DNA of 64,000 nucleotides from an uncultured Chloroflexia bacterium (GCA_963746845.1 CAVVCZ010000004.1:1184001-1248000); one strand, 5' to 3'; shown: positions 29,633-46,762, counted from the first letter of the stretch. Notes: generated by a model from the sequence alone, not told the origin. A program made the numbers and translations.

Positions 29633-30057
29633 CAGCTCGCCTCCTTGGCGCCGTCACGCATCACGACGCGGGTGGCGACCGGCAGCTTGTGGCTGGCGAG
29701 GCGCATCGCCTCGACCGCCGACGCGTGGTCGACACCGGCCATCTCGAACAGGATCCGGCCGGGGCGGACGACGGCGACCCAGTGATCCGGGGCGCCCTTG
29801 CCCGAGCCCATCCGGGTCTCGGCGGGCTTCTTGGTCGCCGGCTTGTCCGGGAAGATCCGGATCCAGATCTTGCCGCCGCGCTTGACGGATCGGGTCATCG
29901 CCCGCCGGGCGGCCTCGATCTGGCGGCTCGTGATCCAGGCCGGCTCCTGGGTGGCCAGGCCGTACTCGCCGAATGCCACGGTGTGGCCGCCCTTGGCCAT
30001 CCCGGACATCCGGCCGCGCATCACCTTGCGGTGCTTGACGCGTCGGGGCATCAGCAT
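29632..30057 (-). CDS. rplP: 50S ribosomal protein L16
   Basis: [14 protein letters not shown] and RMGSGKG. Confidence 0.98.
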   Translation of the reverse strand: MLMPRRVKHRKVMRGRMSGMAKGGHTVAFGEYGLATQEPAWITSRQIEAARRAMTRSVKRGGKIWIRIFPDKPATKKPAETRMGSGKGAPDHWVAVVRPGRILFEMAGVDHASAVEAMRLASHKLPVATRVVMRDGAKEAS

Positions 30058-30060
30058 GGG

Positions 30061-30744
30061 TCAGCTCCCCTGCCCGACGACCGCGGGCGGGTTCGTCGCC
30101 TCGTGCGGCAGCTGCCGCTCGGGGGCGAAGTCGCCGCGATAGATCCAGACCTTGACGCCGATGCGGCCGTAGGTCGTGTGGGCGTGGATCTGGCCGTAGC
30201 TGATGTCGGCGCGGAGCGTCCCGAGCGGGATGCGCCCCTCGCGGTCCCACTCGCGCCGACCCATCTCGGAGCCGCCGAGGCGGCCGGAGACGGCGATCCG
30301 GACGCCCTTGGCGCCGGCCTTCATCGACCGCTGGATCGACTGCTTCATCGCCTTCTTGAAGGCGATCCGCCGGGTGAGCTGTCCGGCGATGTTCATCGCG
30401 ACGAGGTGGGCGTCGAGCTCCGGCTGGCGGATCTCCTTGATCTCCAGCTTGACCCGGCGCTTCGTGAGCCCGCCGATCTGCTGGCGGAGGATCTCGACGT
30501 TGGCCCCGCCCTTGCCGATGACGATCCCGGGCTTCGCCGTGTGGATCGTGACGGTCACGTGGTTGATGCCGCGCTCGATCTCGACGCCCGACACGCTCGC
30601 GTTGGCGAGCCGCCGCTCGACGAGCTTGCGGATCGTGATGTCCTCCTTGAGGAGGGACGTGTATTCCTTGTCCGCGTACCACTTCGCGGTCCAGGTGCGC
30701 GAGACACCCAGGCGGAAGCCGTACGGATGGACTTTCCTGCCCAT
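30061..30744 (-). CDS. rpsC: 30S ribosomal protein S3
   Basis: [23 protein letters not shown] and [11 protein letters not shown]. Confidence 0.98.
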   Translation of the reverse strand: MGRKVHPYGFRLGVSRTWTAKWYADKEYTSLLKEDITIRKLVERRLANASVSGVEIERGINHVTVTIHTAKPGIVIGKGGANVEILRQQIGGLTKRRVKLEIKEIRQPELDAHLVAMNIAGQLTRRIAFKKAMKQSIQRSMKAGAKGVRIAVSGRLGGSEMGRREWDREGRIPLGTLRADISYGQIHAHTTYGRIGVKVWIYRGDFAPERQLPHEATNPPAVVGQGS

Positions 30745-30746
30745 GT

Positions 30747-31085
30747 TCAGGCCTCCCGGTCCGCGACGATGATCGTGATGTGAGTCATGGGCTTGTGGAT
30801 CGGGAACGCCCGGCCCTGGGCCCGCGGCCGCCAGCGCTTGATCGTCGGGCCCTCGTTGGCGATGGCGTCGGCGACGATCAGATCCTCGGCGGACAGGTTG
30901 TGGTTGTTCTCCGCGTTGGCGGTCGCGCTCTTCAGCACGCGCAGCACGTCGGCCGCGGCGTGCTGCGGCATGAACCGGAGCAGATCCGCGGCCTCCTCGA
31001 CCGGCCGGCCGCGGATCGCGGCGACGACGAGGTTGGCCTTGCGGGTCGACCCGCGGAGATACTTGGCGGTGGCGGACACGCGCAC
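30747..31085 (-). CDS. rplV: 50S ribosomal protein L22
   Basis: SATANAENN and GPTIKRWRPRAQGR. Confidence 0.97.
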   Translation of the reverse strand: MRVSATAKYLRGSTRKANLVVAAIRGRPVEEAADLLRFMPQHAAADVLRVLKSATANAENNHNLSAEDLIVADAIANEGPTIKRWRPRAQGRAFPIHKPMTHITIIVADREA

Positions 31086-31097
31086 GATCGTCGGCTC

Positions 31098-31382
31098 CTA
31101 CTTCAGCGCCGTCGATCGCTCGGTGTGCTTGCCGTGCCCGCGGTAGTTGCGGGTGTGGGCGAACTCGCCGAGGCGATGGCCGACCATGTTCTCGGTCACG
31201 TAGACCGGGACGTGCTTCTTGCCGTTGTGGACCGCGATCGTGTGCCCGATGAACGACGGGAAGATCACCGACGCACGCGACCAGGTCTTGATGACCTTCT
31301 TCTCGTTGCGCCGGTTCATCTCCTCGACCCGCCCCTGGAGGCGGAGCTCGATGAACGGGCCCTTCTTGATGGAACGAGACAT
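31098..31382 (-). CDS. rpsS: 30S ribosomal protein S19
   Basis: KTWSR and MVGHRLGEF. Confidence 0.98.
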   Translation of the reverse strand: MSRSIKKGPFIELRLQGRVEEMNRRNEKKVIKTWSRASVIFPSFIGHTIAVHNGKKHVPVYVTENMVGHRLGEFAHTRNYRGHGKHTERSTALK

Positions 31383-31397
31383 CTCCGACCTCCCTCC

Positions 31398-32225
31398 TTA
31401 CTTGCGGTGGCGCGAACGGACGATCACGCGACCGGTCGTCTTGGCTCGGCGGGTGCGGTAGCCCATGGCAGGCTTGCCCCACGGGGTCTTCGGCGGCATG
31501 CCGGTGGGGGACTTGCCTTCCCCACCGCCGTGCGGATGGTCGCGCGGGTTCATGACGACGCCGCGGACCTCCGGTCGCTGCCCGAGGTGACGGGCGCGGC
31601 CGGCCTTGCCGAGATTCTGGTTCTCGTGGTCGAGGTTGCTGACCTGGCCGATCGTGGCCATGCAGCGAAGCGGGATGCGGCGCATCTCGCCCGACGGCAT
31701 CCGGACCGTCGCGGAGTCGCCTTCCTTGGCGAGGAGCTGGGCCGCCGTCCCGGCGGACCGGACGACCTGGCCGCCCTTGCCCGGGACGAGCTCGATGTTG
31801 TGGATCGTCGTGCCGAGCGGGATGTTGGCGAGCGGCAGGGCATTGCCGAGGCGTGCCTCGGCGTCGGGCCCGGCCACGATCACGTCGCCGACCTTGAGCC
31901 CGTGGGGCAGGAGCATGTAGCGCTTCTCGCCGTCGCGGTAGAAGAGCAGGCCGATCCGGGCCGACCGGTTCGGGTCGTACTCGATCGTCGCGAGCCGCGC
32001 CGGCACGCCGAGCTTGTCGCGCTTGAAGTCGATCCTGCGGTAGTGCTGCTTCTCACCGCCACCGCGGTGGCGGACCGTCATCCGTCCGGCGTTGTTCCGG
32101 CCGGAGCCGCGCTTCTGTGGCTCGAGGAGCGGCTTGTGCGGCTCGTCGGTCGTGATCTCCTCGAACGTCGAGCGGGTCATGAACCGACGACCGGGAGAGG
32201 TCGCCTTGTACGAACGAAGCGGCAT
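31398..32225 (-). CDS. rplB: 50S ribosomal protein L2
   Basis: EYDPNRSA and [13 protein letters not shown]. Start at ATG 32225. Confidence 0.98.
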   Translation of the reverse strand: MPLRSYKATSPGRRFMTRSTFEEITTDEPHKPLLEPQKRGSGRNNAGRMTVRHRGGGEKQHYRRIDFKRDKLGVPARLATIEYDPNRSARIGLLFYRDGEKRYMLLPHGLKVGDVIVAGPDAEARLGNALPLANIPLGTTIHNIELVPGKGGQVVRSAGTAAQLLAKEGDSATVRMPSGEMRRIPLRCMATIGQVSNLDHENQNLGKAGRARHLGQRPEVRGVVMNPRDHPHGGGEGKSPTGMPPKTPWGKPAMGYRTRRAKTTGRVIVRSRHRK

Positions 32226-32227
32226 CG

Positions 32228-32566
32228 TCAGACCCCCTCGAAGAACTCGATCTTCTGGCCGGGGGCCAGGGTGACGATCGCCTTGCGCCACGGCGTGGTG
32301 AAGCCGAGAATCCGGCCGCGCTTGGTGCCGCGGCGCTTCTCCTTGGCCTTCGTCGTCAGGACGTTGACGCTGACGACGGTGACCTTCTCCTTGGCGTAGA
32401 GCTCCTCGATCGCCTCCTTGATCTGGATCTTGTTGGCGTCGTGGTGGACGGCGAACGTGTACTTGTTGCCCACGCGCGGGTTCCGGTCGGTCAGGGTCGA
32501 GACGTCGATCGACTTCTCGCTGATCACCGGGCGCAGGATGATGTCGGTGGCGGTCAGGACGCTCAC
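32228..32566 (-). CDS. rplW: 50S ribosomal protein L23
   Basis: [18 protein letters not shown] and WRKAIVTL. Confidence 0.96.
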   Translation of the reverse strand: MSVLTATDIILRPVISEKSIDVSTLTDRNPRVGNKYTFAVHHDANKIQIKEAIEELYAKEKVTVVSVNVLTTKAKEKRRGTKRGRILGFTTPWRKAIVTLAPGQKIEFFEGV

Positions 32567-33186
32567 GCGTACACCTCCTCCATCCGGGCGAGGGCGGGCT
32601 GCTCGATCAGGACCACGTCGGCCTTCAGCAGGTCGACGACGTTGAGCGAGTCGGCGAGGATCACCTCGACGGTCGGCAGGTTCCGCGCGGACAGCTCGAG
32701 CTTGTCGTCGCGGCCCGGGGCGACGACGAGGACCCGGCCGTGGGCCTCGAGCGCCCCGAGGACGCCGGCGAGGTCGCGAGTCTTGATCGCCTCGAGCCCG
32801 AACGCGTCGATCACCTTGATCGCCTCGTCCCCGAGCTTCGCGGTCAGGGCGCCGCGCAGGGCGAGGCGCTTCATCTTCCGCGGCAGGCGCTGCTCGTAGC
32901 TGCGCGGGTGCGGGCCGAAGACGGCCCCGCCGCCGCGATAGTGCGGCGCGGTGCGCGAGCCCTGGCGGGCGCGGCCGGTGCCCTTCTGGCGGTACGGCTT
33001 CTTGCCGCCGCCGCGGACCTCGCCGCGGGTCTTCGTGTCGTGCGTGCCGATCCGGCGGCCGGCCAGCTGGGCCGTCACCACCTGGTGGAGGACGGCGGCG
33101 TTGACGGGCGCGGCGAACAGCGCGTCGGCCAGCTCGACGCTGCCGACGGACTTGCCGGTCCGGTCGTAGAGGGTGGTCTGCGGCAT
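32563..33186 (-). CDS. rplD: 50S ribosomal protein L4
   Basis: [15 protein letters not shown] and GGAVFGP. Confidence 0.98.
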   Translation of the reverse strand: MPQTTLYDRTGKSVGSVELADALFAAPVNAAVLHQVVTAQLAGRRIGTHDTKTRGEVRGGGKKPYRQKGTGRARQGSRTAPHYRGGGAVFGPHPRSYEQRLPRKMKRLALRGALTAKLGDEAIKVIDAFGLEAIKTRDLAGVLGALEAHGRVLVVAPGRDDKLELSARNLPTVEVILADSLNVVDLLKADVVLIEQPALARMEEVYA

Positions 33187-33188
33187 CG

Positions 33189-33812
33189 TCAGGCCTTCTT
33201 CACGAGGATGAGCGAGCCACGCGCGCCCGGCAGCGACCCCTTCACGAGGAGGAGGTTCTTGTCCGGGTCGGCGCGGACGACCCGCACCTTCTTGATCGTC
33301 GCCCGCTGGTCGCCCATGTGGCCGGCCATCCGGAGACCCTTGTAGACGCGGCCCGGGGTCGTGCCGGGGCCGATCGAGCCGGGCTCGCGGTGATGGTCCG
33401 ACCCGTGGGTCTTGGGACCGCGCTTGAAGTTGTGGCGCTTGATCTGGCCGGCGAAGCCCTTGCCCTTCGAGACGCCCGTGACGTCGACAAGGTCGCCGTC
33501 GGCGAAGACGTCGGCGAGCGCGATCGTCTGGCCGACCTCGTACCCGTCGACGCTGTCGAGCCGGAACTCGCGGATCGTCGCGAGGGACTGGCCGGCCTTC
33601 GGCAGGTCCTTCAGCTGGCCCGCCTCGGGCTTCGTGAGCCGCTTGGCCGGATGCGTCCCGAGCTGGACGGCCGTGTAGCCGTCGCGCGCCTCGGTCCGGA
33701 GGCGGGTCACGGTATTCGGTTCGATGGCCAGGACGCTGACGGCCACCATCGTGCCGTCGGCCTGGAACACCTGGGTCACGCCGACCTTGCGGCCGATCAA
33801 TCCAATGCTCAT
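33189..33812 (-). CDS. rplC: 50S ribosomal protein L3
   Basis: DGYTAVQLG, SKGKGFAG and HREPGSIG. Confidence 0.98.
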   Translation of the reverse strand: MSIGLIGRKVGVTQVFQADGTMVAVSVLAIEPNTVTRLRTEARDGYTAVQLGTHPAKRLTKPEAGQLKDLPKAGQSLATIREFRLDSVDGYEVGQTIALADVFADGDLVDVTGVSKGKGFAGQIKRHNFKRGPKTHGSDHHREPGSIGPGTTPGRVYKGLRMAGHMGDQRATIKKVRVVRADPDKNLLLVKGSLPGARGSLILVKKA

Positions 33813-33822
33813 GACGCTCTGA

Positions 33823-34131
33823 TCACATCTTGATTTCGATGTCGACGCCCGCGGCCAGCGAGAGTCGCATCAGGGCGTCGACCGTCTTCGAGCTCGGGTC
33901 CAGGATGTCGACGAGCCGCTTGTGCGTGCGGATCTCGAACTGCTCCCGGCTGTCCTTGTCGATGAAGGGCGACCGCAGGACGGTGAACTTCTCGATGCGC
34001 GTGGGCAGCGGCACCGGACCGACGACGTCCGCGCCGGTCCGCTGGGCCGTCTCGACGATCTGGGCCGCCGACTGATCGAGCAGCCGGTGGTCGTAGGCCT
34101 TGAGGCGGATCCTGATCCGCTGCTTTGCCAT
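33823..34131 (-). CDS. rpsJ: 30S ribosomal protein S10
   Basis: [17 protein letters not shown] and [12 protein letters not shown]. Confidence 0.98.
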   Translation of the reverse strand: MAKQRIRIRLKAYDHRLLDQSAAQIVETAQRTGADVVGPVPLPTRIEKFTVLRSPFIDKDSREQFEIRTHKRLVDILDPSSKTVDALMRLSLAAGVDIEIKM

Positions 34132-35334
34132 GTCGTCCCTACTCGACGATCGTGACGATGGCGCCGGCGCCGACGGTCCGGCCACCCTCGCGGATGGCGA
34201 ACCGCTGGCCGACCTCGAGGGCGATCGGGGTGATCAGCTCGACGCTCATCTCGACGTTGTCGCCGGGCATGATCATCTCGGCCCCGTCGGGCAGCCCGAT
34301 CGCACCGGTCACGTCGGTCGTGCGCAGGTAGAACTGCGGCCGGTAGCCGTTGTAGAAGGGGGTGTGGCGGCCGCCCTCCTCCTTGGTCAGGACGTAGACC
34401 TGCGCCGTGAACTTCGTGTGGGGCTTGACCGAGCCGGTCTTGGCCAGGACCTGGCCGCGCTCGATCTCCTCGCGCTCGATGCCCCGGATCAGGCAGCCGA
34501 CGTTGTCGCCGGCGCGGCCCTCGTCGAGGAGCTTCTTGAACATCTCGACGCCGGTCACGACGATCTTGCGGGTGGCCTTCACGCCGACCAGCTCGACCTC
34601 GTCGCCGACCTTGACGATGCCGCGCTCGATCCGCCCGGTGGCGACCGTCCCCCGGCCCTTGATCCCGAACACGTCCTCGACCGGCATGAGGAACGGCTTG
34701 TCGATCGCCCGCTCGGGGGTCGGGATGTACGCGTCGACCGCGTCCATCAGCTCCTGGATCGGGGCGTACGCCGGGTTGGACGGATCGTCCGGTGCCTCGA
34801 GCGCCTTGAGGGCGCTGCCGCGCACGACCGGCAGGTCGTCGCCCGGGAAGTTGTACTTGCTCAGCAGCTCGCGGACCTCGAGCTCGACGAGGTCGAGCAG
34901 CTCCGGGTCGTCGACCATGTCGACCTTGTTGAGGAACACGACGATGTACGGGACCTCGACCTGGCGGGCGAGCAGGATGTGCTCGCGGGTCTGGGGCATC
35001 GGGCCGTCGGTCGCGGCGACGACGAGGATCGCGCCGTCCATCTGGGCGGCACCGGTGATCATGTTCTTGATGTAGTCGGCGTGGCCCGGGCAGTCGACGT
35101 GGGCGTAGTGGCGCTTGTCGGTCTCGTACTCGACGTGGGCGATCGCGATCGTGATCCCGCGCTCCCGCTCCTCGGGGGCGTTGTCGATCGTGTCGAACGC
35201 GCGGTACTCCGCCTCGCCCTTCAGGGCGAGGTACTTGGTGATCGCCGCGGTCAGGCTCGTCTTGCCGTGGTCGATGTGGCCGATCGTGCCGATGTTCACG
35301 TGCGGCTTGGTGCGCTCGAACTTCTTCTTGGCCA
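34127..35334. repeat. About 1.2-kb direct repeat, copy 1 (tuf plus the downstream RBS and start codon)
   Basis: Appears identical to 50658-51865; the ORF track gives identical translations, including alternate frames. Confidence 0.92.
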
Positions 35335-35335
35335 T
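34139..35335 (-). CDS. tuf: Elongation factor Tu (copy in the str operon)
   Basis: [16 protein letters not shown] and NKVD. Confidence 0.99.
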   Translation of the reverse strand: MAKKKFERTKPHVNIGTIGHIDHGKTSLTAAITKYLALKGEAEYRAFDTIDNAPEERERGITIAIAHVEYETDKRHYAHVDCPGHADYIKNMITGAAQMDGAILVVAATDGPMPQTREHILLARQVEVPYIVVFLNKVDMVDDPELLDLVELEVRELLSKYNFPGDDLPVVRGSALKALEAPDDPSNPAYAPIQELMDAVDAYIPTPERAIDKPFLMPVEDVFGIKGRGTVATGRIERGIVKVGDEVELVGVKATRKIVVTGVEMFKKLLDEGRAGDNVGCLIRGIEREEIERGQVLAKTGSVKPHTKFTAQVYVLTKEEGGRHTPFYNGYRPQFYLRTTDVTGAIGLPDGAEMIMPGDNVEMSVELITPIALEVGQRFAIREGGRTVGAGAIVTIVE

Positions 35336-35372
35336 CTCGTGACTGCTCCCTGGCTCCTGCCCCTCCGGGCGC

Positions 35373-37448
35373 CTAGACCTTCGACTTCTGGACGAGCTCC
35401 GAGGCCAGGCTGGCCGGGACCTCGGCGTAGTGACTGAACTCCATCGACGACGTCGCGCGACCCTGGGTCATCGACCGCAGGTCCGTGACGTAGCCGAACA
35501 TCTGGGCCAGCGGGACGAAGGCCCGGACGACCTGGGTCGATCCGCGCGACTCCATGCCCTCGATCTGGCCGCGACGGCTGTTGAGGTCGCCGATCACGTC
35601 GCCCATGAACTCCTCGGGCATCGTGACCTCGACCCGCATGATCGGCTCGAGGATCGCCGGATCGGCCTTCGCGAACGCGTCCTTGATCGCGAGCGAGCCC
35701 GCGATCTTGAACGCCATCTCGGACGAGTCCACCTCGTGGAACGACCCGTCGAACAGGGTGACCTTGATGTCGACGACCGGATACCCGGCGTAGATGCCGG
35801 TCTGGAGCGCCTCCTGGATGCCCTGGTCGATCGGCTTGATGTACTCGCGCGGGATCGCGCCGCCGACGATCTTGTCGACGAACTCGTAGCCCGCGCCCTT
35901 CTCGGTCGGCTCGATCCGGATGATCGCGTCGCCGTACTGGCCCTTGCCGCCGGACTGACGGACATGACGGCCCCGTCCCTCGGCGGCGCGCCGGATCGTC
36001 TCGCGGTAGGAGACCTGCGGCTTGCCGATGTTCGCGGCGACCTTGAACTCGCGGATCATCCGGTCGACGAGGACGTCGAGGTGGAGCTCGCCCATCCCGG
36101 CGATCAGGGTCTCGGACGACTCCGGGTCGGTGTGGACGCGGAAGGTCGGATCCTCCTCGGCGAGCCGCTGGAGGGCGACCGCGAGCTTGTCCTGGTCGGC
36201 CTTCGTCTTCGGCTCGATCTTGACTTCGATGACCGGCTCCGGGAAGGTCATCGACTCGAGGATGATTTGGTGATCCGGATCGGTCAGCGTGTCGCCGGTG
36301 AAGGTGTCCTTCAGCCCGACGGCGGCGGCGATGTCGCCCGCGTAGACCTCGTCGATCTCCTCGCGATGGTTCGCGTGCATCTGGAGGATGCGCCCGATCC
36401 GCTCCTTCTTGCCCTTGGTCGGGTTCGTGACGTACGAGCCCGCCTTGAGCGTGCCGGAGTACACCCGGAAGAAGGCGAGCTTGCCGACGAACGGGTCCGC
36501 GGCGATCTTGAAGGCGAGAGCGCTGAACGGCTCCGTGTCGTCCGGGGTGCGGATCACCTCGTTGCCGGTCCGGACGTCGATGCCGATCATCGGCGGCACG
36601 TCGAGCGGCGACGGGAGGTAGTCGACGACCGCGTCGAGCATCTTCTGGATGCCCTTGTTGCGGAGCGCCGAGCCGGTCAGGACGGGGATGATCTTCGTCG
36701 TGAGGGTCCCGAGACGGAGGCCGCGCTTGATCTCGGCGACCGTCAGCTCCTCGCCCTCGAGGTACTTGTGGGTGAGGTCGTCGTCCATCTCGGCGACCGC
36801 CTCGATCATGACGTGGCGATGCTTGTCCGCCTCGGCCCGCAGCTCGGCCGGGATGTCGACGACCTCGATGTTGTTGCCGAGGTCGTCCCGGTAGTAGATC
36901 GCCTTCATCTCGACGAGATCGATGACGCCCTGGAACTGGTCCTCGCGGCCGATCGGGATCTGGATCGGCACCGCGTTCGCGCCCAGGCGGTCGCGGATCG
37001 AGTCGACGCCGCGCCAGAAGTCGGCGCCGGTCCGGTCGAGCTTGTTGATGAAGCAGAAGCGCGGCACGCCGTAGCGGTCGGCCTGGCGCCAGACCGTCTC
37101 GGACTGGGGCTCGACGCCGGCGACGCCGTCGAACACGACGACCGCGCCGTCGAGGACCCGGAGGCTCCGCTCGACCTCGACCGTAAAGTCCACGTGCCCG
37201 GGCGTATCGATGATGTTGATGCGATGATCGCCCCAGAACGCCGTCGTCGCCGCAGCGGTGATCGTGATCCCCCGCTCCTGCTCCTGGGGCATCCAGTCCA
37301 TCGTGGCAGCGCCCTCATGGACCTCGCCGATCTTGTAGATCTTCTTCGTGTAGAAGAGGATCCGCTCGGTGACGGTCGTCTTGCCGGCGTCGATATGCGC
37401 AATGATTCCGATGTTCCGCGTGCGTGCGAGCGGAACCTGACGTGCCAC
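35373..37448 (-). CDS. fusA: Elongation factor G
   Basis: [17 protein letters not shown] and GMGELHL. Confidence 0.99.
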   Translation of the reverse strand: MARQVPLARTRNIGIIAHIDAGKTTVTERILFYTKKIYKIGEVHEGAATMDWMPQEQERGITITAAATTAFWGDHRINIIDTPGHVDFTVEVERSLRVLDGAVVVFDGVAGVEPQSETVWRQADRYGVPRFCFINKLDRTGADFWRGVDSIRDRLGANAVPIQIPIGREDQFQGVIDLVEMKAIYYRDDLGNNIEVVDIPAELRAEADKHRHVMIEAVAEMDDDLTHKYLEGEELTVAEIKRGLRLGTLTTKIIPVLTGSALRNKGIQKMLDAVVDYLPSPLDVPPMIGIDVRTGNEVIRTPDDTEPFSALAFKIAADPFVGKLAFFRVYSGTLKAGSYVTNPTKGKKERIGRILQMHANHREEIDEVYAGDIAAAVGLKDTFTGDTLTDPDHQIILESMTFPEPVIEVKIEPKTKADQDKLAVALQRLAEEDPTFRVHTDPESSETLIAGMGELHLDVLVDRMIREFKVAANIGKPQVSYRETIRRAAEGRGRHVRQSGGKGQYGDAIIRIEPTEKGAGYEFVDKIVGGAIPREYIKPIDQGIQEALQTGIYAGYPVVDIKVTLFDGSFHEVDSSEMAFKIAGSLAIKDAFAKADPAILEPIMRVEVTMPEEFMGDVIGDLNSRRGQIEGMESRGSTQVVRAFVPLAQMFGYVTDLRSMTQGRATSSMEFSHYAEVPASLASELVQKSKV

Positions 37449-37470
37449 GGTGTTCTCTAGGCTCCTGGGT

Positions 37471-37938
37471 CTACCACTTGAAATGGCTGAAGGCGCGGTT
37501 CGCCTCCGCCATCTTGTGCGTGTCTTCGCGGCGCTTCACGGCGGCGCCGAGGCCGTTCATCGCGTCGACCAGCTCCTGGGCGAGCTTGTCGCTCATGCTC
37601 TTGCCGCTCCGCTTGCGGGCCGCCTGGACGAGCCAGCGGACGCCGAGCGACAGGCGGCGATCGCCGCGGATCTCGACCGGGACCTGGTAGGTCGCGCCGC
37701 CGACGCGGCGGGGCTTGACCTCGATGATCGGGGTGGCGTTGCGGAGGGCCGCCTCGAGGACCTCGAGGCCGGGCCGATGGGCGGTGGCCTCGGCGCGCGC
37801 GAGGGCCTGGCGCAGGATCCGATCCGACAGGTTGCGCTTGCCGTTCGCCATGAGCTTGGCGGTGAAGCGCGCCGTCGTGCGGTTCGCCGGCTCCGTGTGG
37901 TACTTGGTCATGCGCGGGATCGACTGACGGCGGGGCAT
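37471..37938 (-). CDS. rpsG: 30S ribosomal protein S7
   Basis: [11 protein letters not shown] and [10 protein letters not shown]. Confidence 0.97.
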   Translation of the reverse strand: MPRRQSIPRMTKYHTEPANRTTARFTAKLMANGKRNLSDRILRQALARAEATAHRPGLEVLEAALRNATPIIEVKPRRVGGATYQVPVEIRGDRRLSLGVRWLVQAARKRSGKSMSDKLAQELVDAMNGLGAAVKRREDTHKMAEANRAFSHFKW

Positions 37939-38369
37939 TACTTCCTGCCTCCGGGCCCGGTCGCCGCCTTCGCTCCGTACTTGCTGCGGCCCTGCTTGCG
38001 ATCCCGCACGCCGGCCGCGTCGAGGGTGCCCCGGATGATGTGGTACTTGACCGACGGGAGGTCCCGGACGGGGCCCCCACGGACCAGCACGACCGAGTGC
38101 TCCTGGAGGTTGTGGCCGATCCCGGGGACGTAGGCGGTCACTTCCATCTGGTTCGACAGCCGCACGCGCGCGATCTTGCGCAGCGCCGAGTTCGGCTTGC
38201 GGGGCGTCATCGTCCGGACCTGGAGACAGACACCGCGCTTCTGCGGGGCGCCCGGAATGGACACCTGCTTGCGGTCCAGGCCGTTCCAGCTCTTGCGCAT
38301 GGCCGGCGCCTTGATCTTGGAGATCTTGCGGGTGCGGCCGTGTCGCACGAGCTGGCTGATCGTCGGCAC
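37938..38369 (-). CDS. rpsL: 30S ribosomal protein S12
   Basis: [16 protein letters not shown] and [11 protein letters not shown] start at 38369. Confidence 0.98.
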   Translation of the reverse strand: MPTISQLVRHGRTRKISKIKAPAMRKSWNGLDRKQVSIPGAPQKRGVCLQVRTMTPRKPNSALRKIARVRLSNQMEVTAYVPGIGHNLQEHSVVLVRGGPVRDLPSVKYHIIRGTLDAAGVRDRKQGRSKYGAKAATGPGGRK

Positions 38370-38532
38370 GAAGACGCTGCTCCTTTCGGTCCGATGTGTC
38401 ACTGGGCGGGGGTCGCCGGCGTGTCGCCGGCGGCGCGAGCGGTCAGGCTCGCGGGACCCTCCTGGGGTGGTGTTCTCGTCGGGTGGTCGACGCGCAGTCG
38501 ACCGCGGACCCCTCCCGAGGCCACGAACGCGG

Positions 38533-38562
38533 AGTGTATCAGCGGCCCGAAAACCGTGTCAA
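38533..38562 (-). promoter_or_regulatory. Sigma70-type promoter of the str operon
   Basis: TTGACA (38562-38557), 18-nt spacer, then TACACT preceded by an extended -10 TG. Confidence 0.75.
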
Positions 38563-38628
38563 ACGAGAATCGGGCCGCCGTCACGTTCAAAACGCACCAC
38601 CCGAACGACGCTCCGGGGGTGCCCGGGA

Positions 38629-43140
<4,512 letters not shown>

Positions 43141-43247
43141 GGTTCTCCTCGGCGCCACCGCCTGGCCCGGCGGCGCGATGCGGCCTCAGGACGAGCGAGG
43201 CCGGTCCGGCCGGGCCTCCACCCGGCCGGTGCGAAAGCAGTGTTCGG

Positions 43248-46200
43248 TCAGTCCTCGAACCCGGCGAGGTTGATCCCGCCGAGATCCGGGAGCATGTAGC
43301 CGGAGACGTCGTCTTCGGCGAGCTGGATCTCCTCGTCGTTCTGATCGAGGATCTCCGCGTTCAGCCCGAGGCTGCGCAGCTCCTTGATCAGGACCTTGAA
43401 GGACTCGGGGACGCGCGGCGGCTGGATCTCCTCCCCCTTCACGATGGCTTCGTACGTCTGGACACGCCCGAGGACGTCGTCCGATTTCACGGTCAGCAGC
43501 TCCTGGAGGATGTTCGCGGCCCCGTAGGCCTCGAGCGCCCAGACCTCCATCTCGCCGAACCGCTGGCCGCCGAACTGGGCCTTGCCACCGAGCGGCTGCT
43601 GGGTGATCAGGCTGTACGGGCCGGTCGACCGGGCGTGGATCTTGTCCTCGACGAGGTGGTGGAGCTTGAGCATGTAGATGTAGCCGACGGTGATCGGACG
43701 ATCGAACTTCTCGCCCGTCCGTCCGTCGCGAAGGACGATCTTGCCGTCCTCGGGCAGGCCGGCCTCCTTGAGCTCGGCCTTGATCTGCTCCTCGGTCGCG
43801 CCGTCGAAGACGGCGGTCGCCGCCTTTTGGCCCTTCTCGTGGAGCGCCCAGCCGAGGTGCGTCTCGAGGATCTGGCCGATGTTCATCCGGCTCGGCACGC
43901 CGAGCGGGTTGAGGATGATGTCGACCGGCGTCCCGTCCGGCAGGAACGGCATGTCCTCCGCCGGCAGGATCTTGGCGATGACGCCCTTGTTGCCGTGGCG
44001 GCCGGCCATCTTGTCGCCGACGCTGATCTTCCGCTTCTGGGCGACCGACACCCGGACCAGGCGGTTGACGCCCGGCTGGAGGTCGTCGTTCAGCTCGCGC
44101 CGGAACTCCCGGATCTCGACGACCTTGCCGCGCTCGCCGTGGGGCAGGCGCAGGCTCGAGTCCTTCACCTCGCGGGCCTTCTCGCCGAAGATCGCCCGGA
44201 GGAGGCGCTCCTCCGCGGTCAGCTCCGTCTCGCCCTTCGGGGTGATCTTGCCGACGAGGATGTCGCCGGGCCGGACCTCCGCCCCGATGTAGACGATCCC
44301 CTCCTCGTCGAGGTCCTTGAGGGACTCCTCGCCGACGTTCGGGATGTCGCGGGTGATCTCCTCGGGCCCGAGCTTCGTGTCGCGCGACTCGATCTCGTGC
44401 TTCTCGATGTGGATGCTCGTGAAGAGGTCGTCCTTGACGAGGCGGTCGCTGATGACGATCGCGTCCTCGTAGTTGCCGCCCTCCCAGCTCATGAACGCGA
44501 CGAGCACGTTCCGGCCGAGGGCGAGCTCGCCCTCCTGGGTCGACGAGCTGTCGGCGATCGGCTGGCCGTCGCCGACGCGATTGCCGACGTCGACGATCGG
44601 GCGCTGGTTGATGCAGGTGCCCTGGTTGCTGCGGACGAACTTCTGGAGCTTGTACTCGTCGAGCTCGCCCGAGTCGGTCTCGATCCGGATCCGTTCGGCG
44701 GTCACGCTGGTGACGACGCCGGCGCGGCCGGCGACGAGGACCTGGCCGGAGTCGCGCGCGGCGCGCTCCTCCATGCCCGTGCCCACGATCGGCGACTCCG
44801 GCTCGAGGAGCGGCACGGCCTGACGCTGCATGTTCGAGCCCATGAGGGCGCGGTTCGCGTCGTCGTGCTCGAGGAACGGGATGAGCGCCGTCGCGACCGA
44901 GACGACCTGCTTCGGGCTCACGTCCATGTACTCGATCTGGCCCGGGCGCGCCTCCGGGAACGTGTCGCGGTAGCGCGACGGGACGCGCTCGGCGATGAAG
45001 TGGCCGGCCTCGTCGAGCGGCGCGTTCGCCTGGGCGACGACGTGCTCCTCCTCCTCGTCGGCCGGGAGGTACTCGATCTCCGCGGTCACGATCGGCCGGA
45101 TCGGGAAGGCATTGGCCTTCTGCTTCTTCAGCTCGGCGATCGCGGCCGGGGTGAACGCGGCACCGGACTTCAGGACGGTGTCGCCACCCTTCGACAGGAG
45201 GTCGCCACCGGCCTCGTACTCGGCGAGCTTCGGGTCGTCCCAGGCCACCGTCCGCTTGACGCGTCGGTACGGCGTCTCGATGAAGCCGTAGCTATTGATC
45301 CGCCCATAGGTCGCGAGGGACCCGATCAGGCCGATGTTCGGCCCCTCCGGGGTCTCGATCGGGCAGATCCGGCCGTAGTGGCTGTGATGGACGTCGCGGA
45401 CGTCGAACCCGGCCCGTTCTCGGGACAGGCCGCCCGGGCCGAGGGCGCTGAGGCGCCGCTTGGACGTCAGCTCGGCGAGCGGGTTCGTCTGGTCCATGAA
45501 CTGGCTCAGCTGGCTGCCGCCGAAGAACTCCTTCATCGCGGCCACGACGGGCCGGATGTTGATGAGGGCGTTCGGGGTCGCCTTGTCGATCTCCTGGATC
45601 GTCATCCGCTCGCGGACGACGCGCTCCATCCGGAGGAGGCCGATCCGGAACGCGTTCTGGATCAGCTCGCCGTTGGCCCGGATCCGGCGGTTGCCGAGGT
45701 GGTCGATGTCGTCCTTGGCATGGAGGCCGCGGTTCGACTCGATCAGGTTGCCGACGATCGCGGCGATGTCCTCGCGGGTGATCGTCCGCTGCTCGCGCTG
45801 GAGCTCGATGCCCATCCGGCCGGCGACGCCGTCCAGCTTCTTGTTGAACTTGTATCGCCCGACCCGACCGAGGTCGTACCGGCGGAAGTTGAAGAAGAGG
45901 CTCTCGACGAGCTGGCGGGCGTTGTCGCCGGTCGGCGGATCGCCCGGGCGGAGCTTCTTGTAGACCTCGATCAGGGCTTCCTGCTGGGTCTTCGTGAGGT
46001 CCTTGTCGAGCGTGTTCGCGATGAACGGATGCTCGGGATCCGTGTCGACGCTCGAGAAGAGCGCGGCGATCGCGTCGTTCTCCTCGTAGCCGACGGCGCG
46101 GAGGAGGGTCGTCGCGGCGATCTTGCGCTTGCGGTCGACCTTGACCCAGAGCTGGTCCTTGTTGTTGGTCTCGAACTCGAGCCAGGCGCCGCGGTTCGGG

Positions 46201-46700
46201 ATGACCTTCGCGCTGAACAGCATCCGCCCGGAGGCCGGGTCCTCGAGCTCGCTGTAGTAGACGCCGGGCGAGCGGACGAGCTGGCTGACGACGACGCGCT
46301 CGGCGCCGTTGATCACGAAGGTGCCCTGGTCGGTCATCCACGGGTAGTCGCCCATGTAGACCCGCTGGCGCTGGATCTCGCCGGTCTCCTTGATCAGGAG
46401 CTCGACGTTCACGTAGAGCGGCCGGGAGAAGGTGAGGTCCTTGGTCCGGCACTCCTCCTCGGAGTACTTCGGGTCCCCGAACTCGTAGTCCAGGAACTGG
46501 AGCTCCATCACCTTGCCGGTGAAGTCCTTGATCGGGCTGATCTCGTCGAAGAGCTCTCGCAGCCCCTTGTCGATGAACCAGGCGAACGAGTCCAGCTGGA
46601 GCTCGATCAGGTTCGGGATCGGGAGAACTTCGGGGATCCGGGCATAGCGCGTGCGCGCCAGCGCCGAGGCCGTCCGGTTCGACGACTCAGCAGACAGCAT
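43248..46700 (-). CDS. rpoB: RNA polymerase subunit beta
   Basis: [20 protein letters not shown] and GGQRFGEME. Confidence 0.99.
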   Translation of the reverse strand: MLSAESSNRTASALARTRYARIPEVLPIPNLIELQLDSFAWFIDKGLRELFDEISPIKDFTGKVMELQFLDYEFGDPKYSEEECRTKDLTFSRPLYVNVELLIKETGEIQRQRVYMGDYPWMTDQGTFVINGAERVVVSQLVRSPGVYYSELEDPASGRMLFSAKVIPNRGAWLEFETNNKDQLWVKVDRKRKIAATTLLRAVGYEENDAIAALFSSVDTDPEHPFIANTLDKDLTKTQQEALIEVYKKLRPGDPPTGDNARQLVESLFFNFRRYDLGRVGRYKFNKKLDGVAGRMGIELQREQRTITREDIAAIVGNLIESNRGLHAKDDIDHLGNRRIRANGELIQNAFRIGLLRMERVVRERMTIQEIDKATPNALINIRPVVAAMKEFFGGSQLSQFMDQTNPLAELTSKRRLSALGPGGLSRERAGFDVRDVHHSHYGRICPIETPEGPNIGLIGSLATYGRINSYGFIETPYRRVKRTVAWDDPKLAEYEAGGDLLSKGGDTVLKSGAAFTPAAIAELKKQKANAFPIRPIVTAEIEYLPADEEEEHVVAQANAPLDEAGHFIAERVPSRYRDTFPEARPGQIEYMDVSPKQVVSVATALIPFLEHDDANRALMGSNMQRQAVPLLEPESPIVGTGMEERAARDSGQVLVAGRAGVVTSVTAERIRIETDSGELDEYKLQKFVRSNQGTCINQRPIVDVGNRVGDGQPIADSSSTQEGELALGRNVLVAFMSWEGGNYEDAIVISDRLVKDDLFTSIHIEKHEIESRDTKLGPEEITRDIPNVGEESLKDLDEEGIVYIGAEVRPGDILVGKITPKGETELTAEERLLRAIFGEKAREVKDSSLRLPHGERGKVVEIREFRRELNDDLQPGVNRLVRVSVAQKRKISVGDKMAGRHGNKGVIAKILPAEDMPFLPDGTPVDIILNPLGVPSRMNIGQILETHLGWALHEKGQKAATAVFDGATEEQIKAELKEAGLPEDGKIVLRDGRTGEKFDRPITVGYIYMLKLHHLVEDKIHARSTGPYSLITQQPLGGKAQFGGQRFGEMEVWALEAYGAANILQELLTVKSDDVLGRVQTYEAIVKGEEIQPPRVPESFKVLIKELRSLGLNAEILDQNDEEIQLAEDDVSGYMLPDLGGINLAGFED

Positions 46701-46762
46701 GAAACACCACTCCTTGACGGAGGTTGGGAGAGAGGGAGAGGGCCGCGCTCACAGAATTGAAT

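Noticed and set aside
43141-43247. GC hairpin (43206-43229) between rpoB and rpoC
   Set aside because: There is no U-tract, and such stems are frequent at this GC content; no evidence for function.
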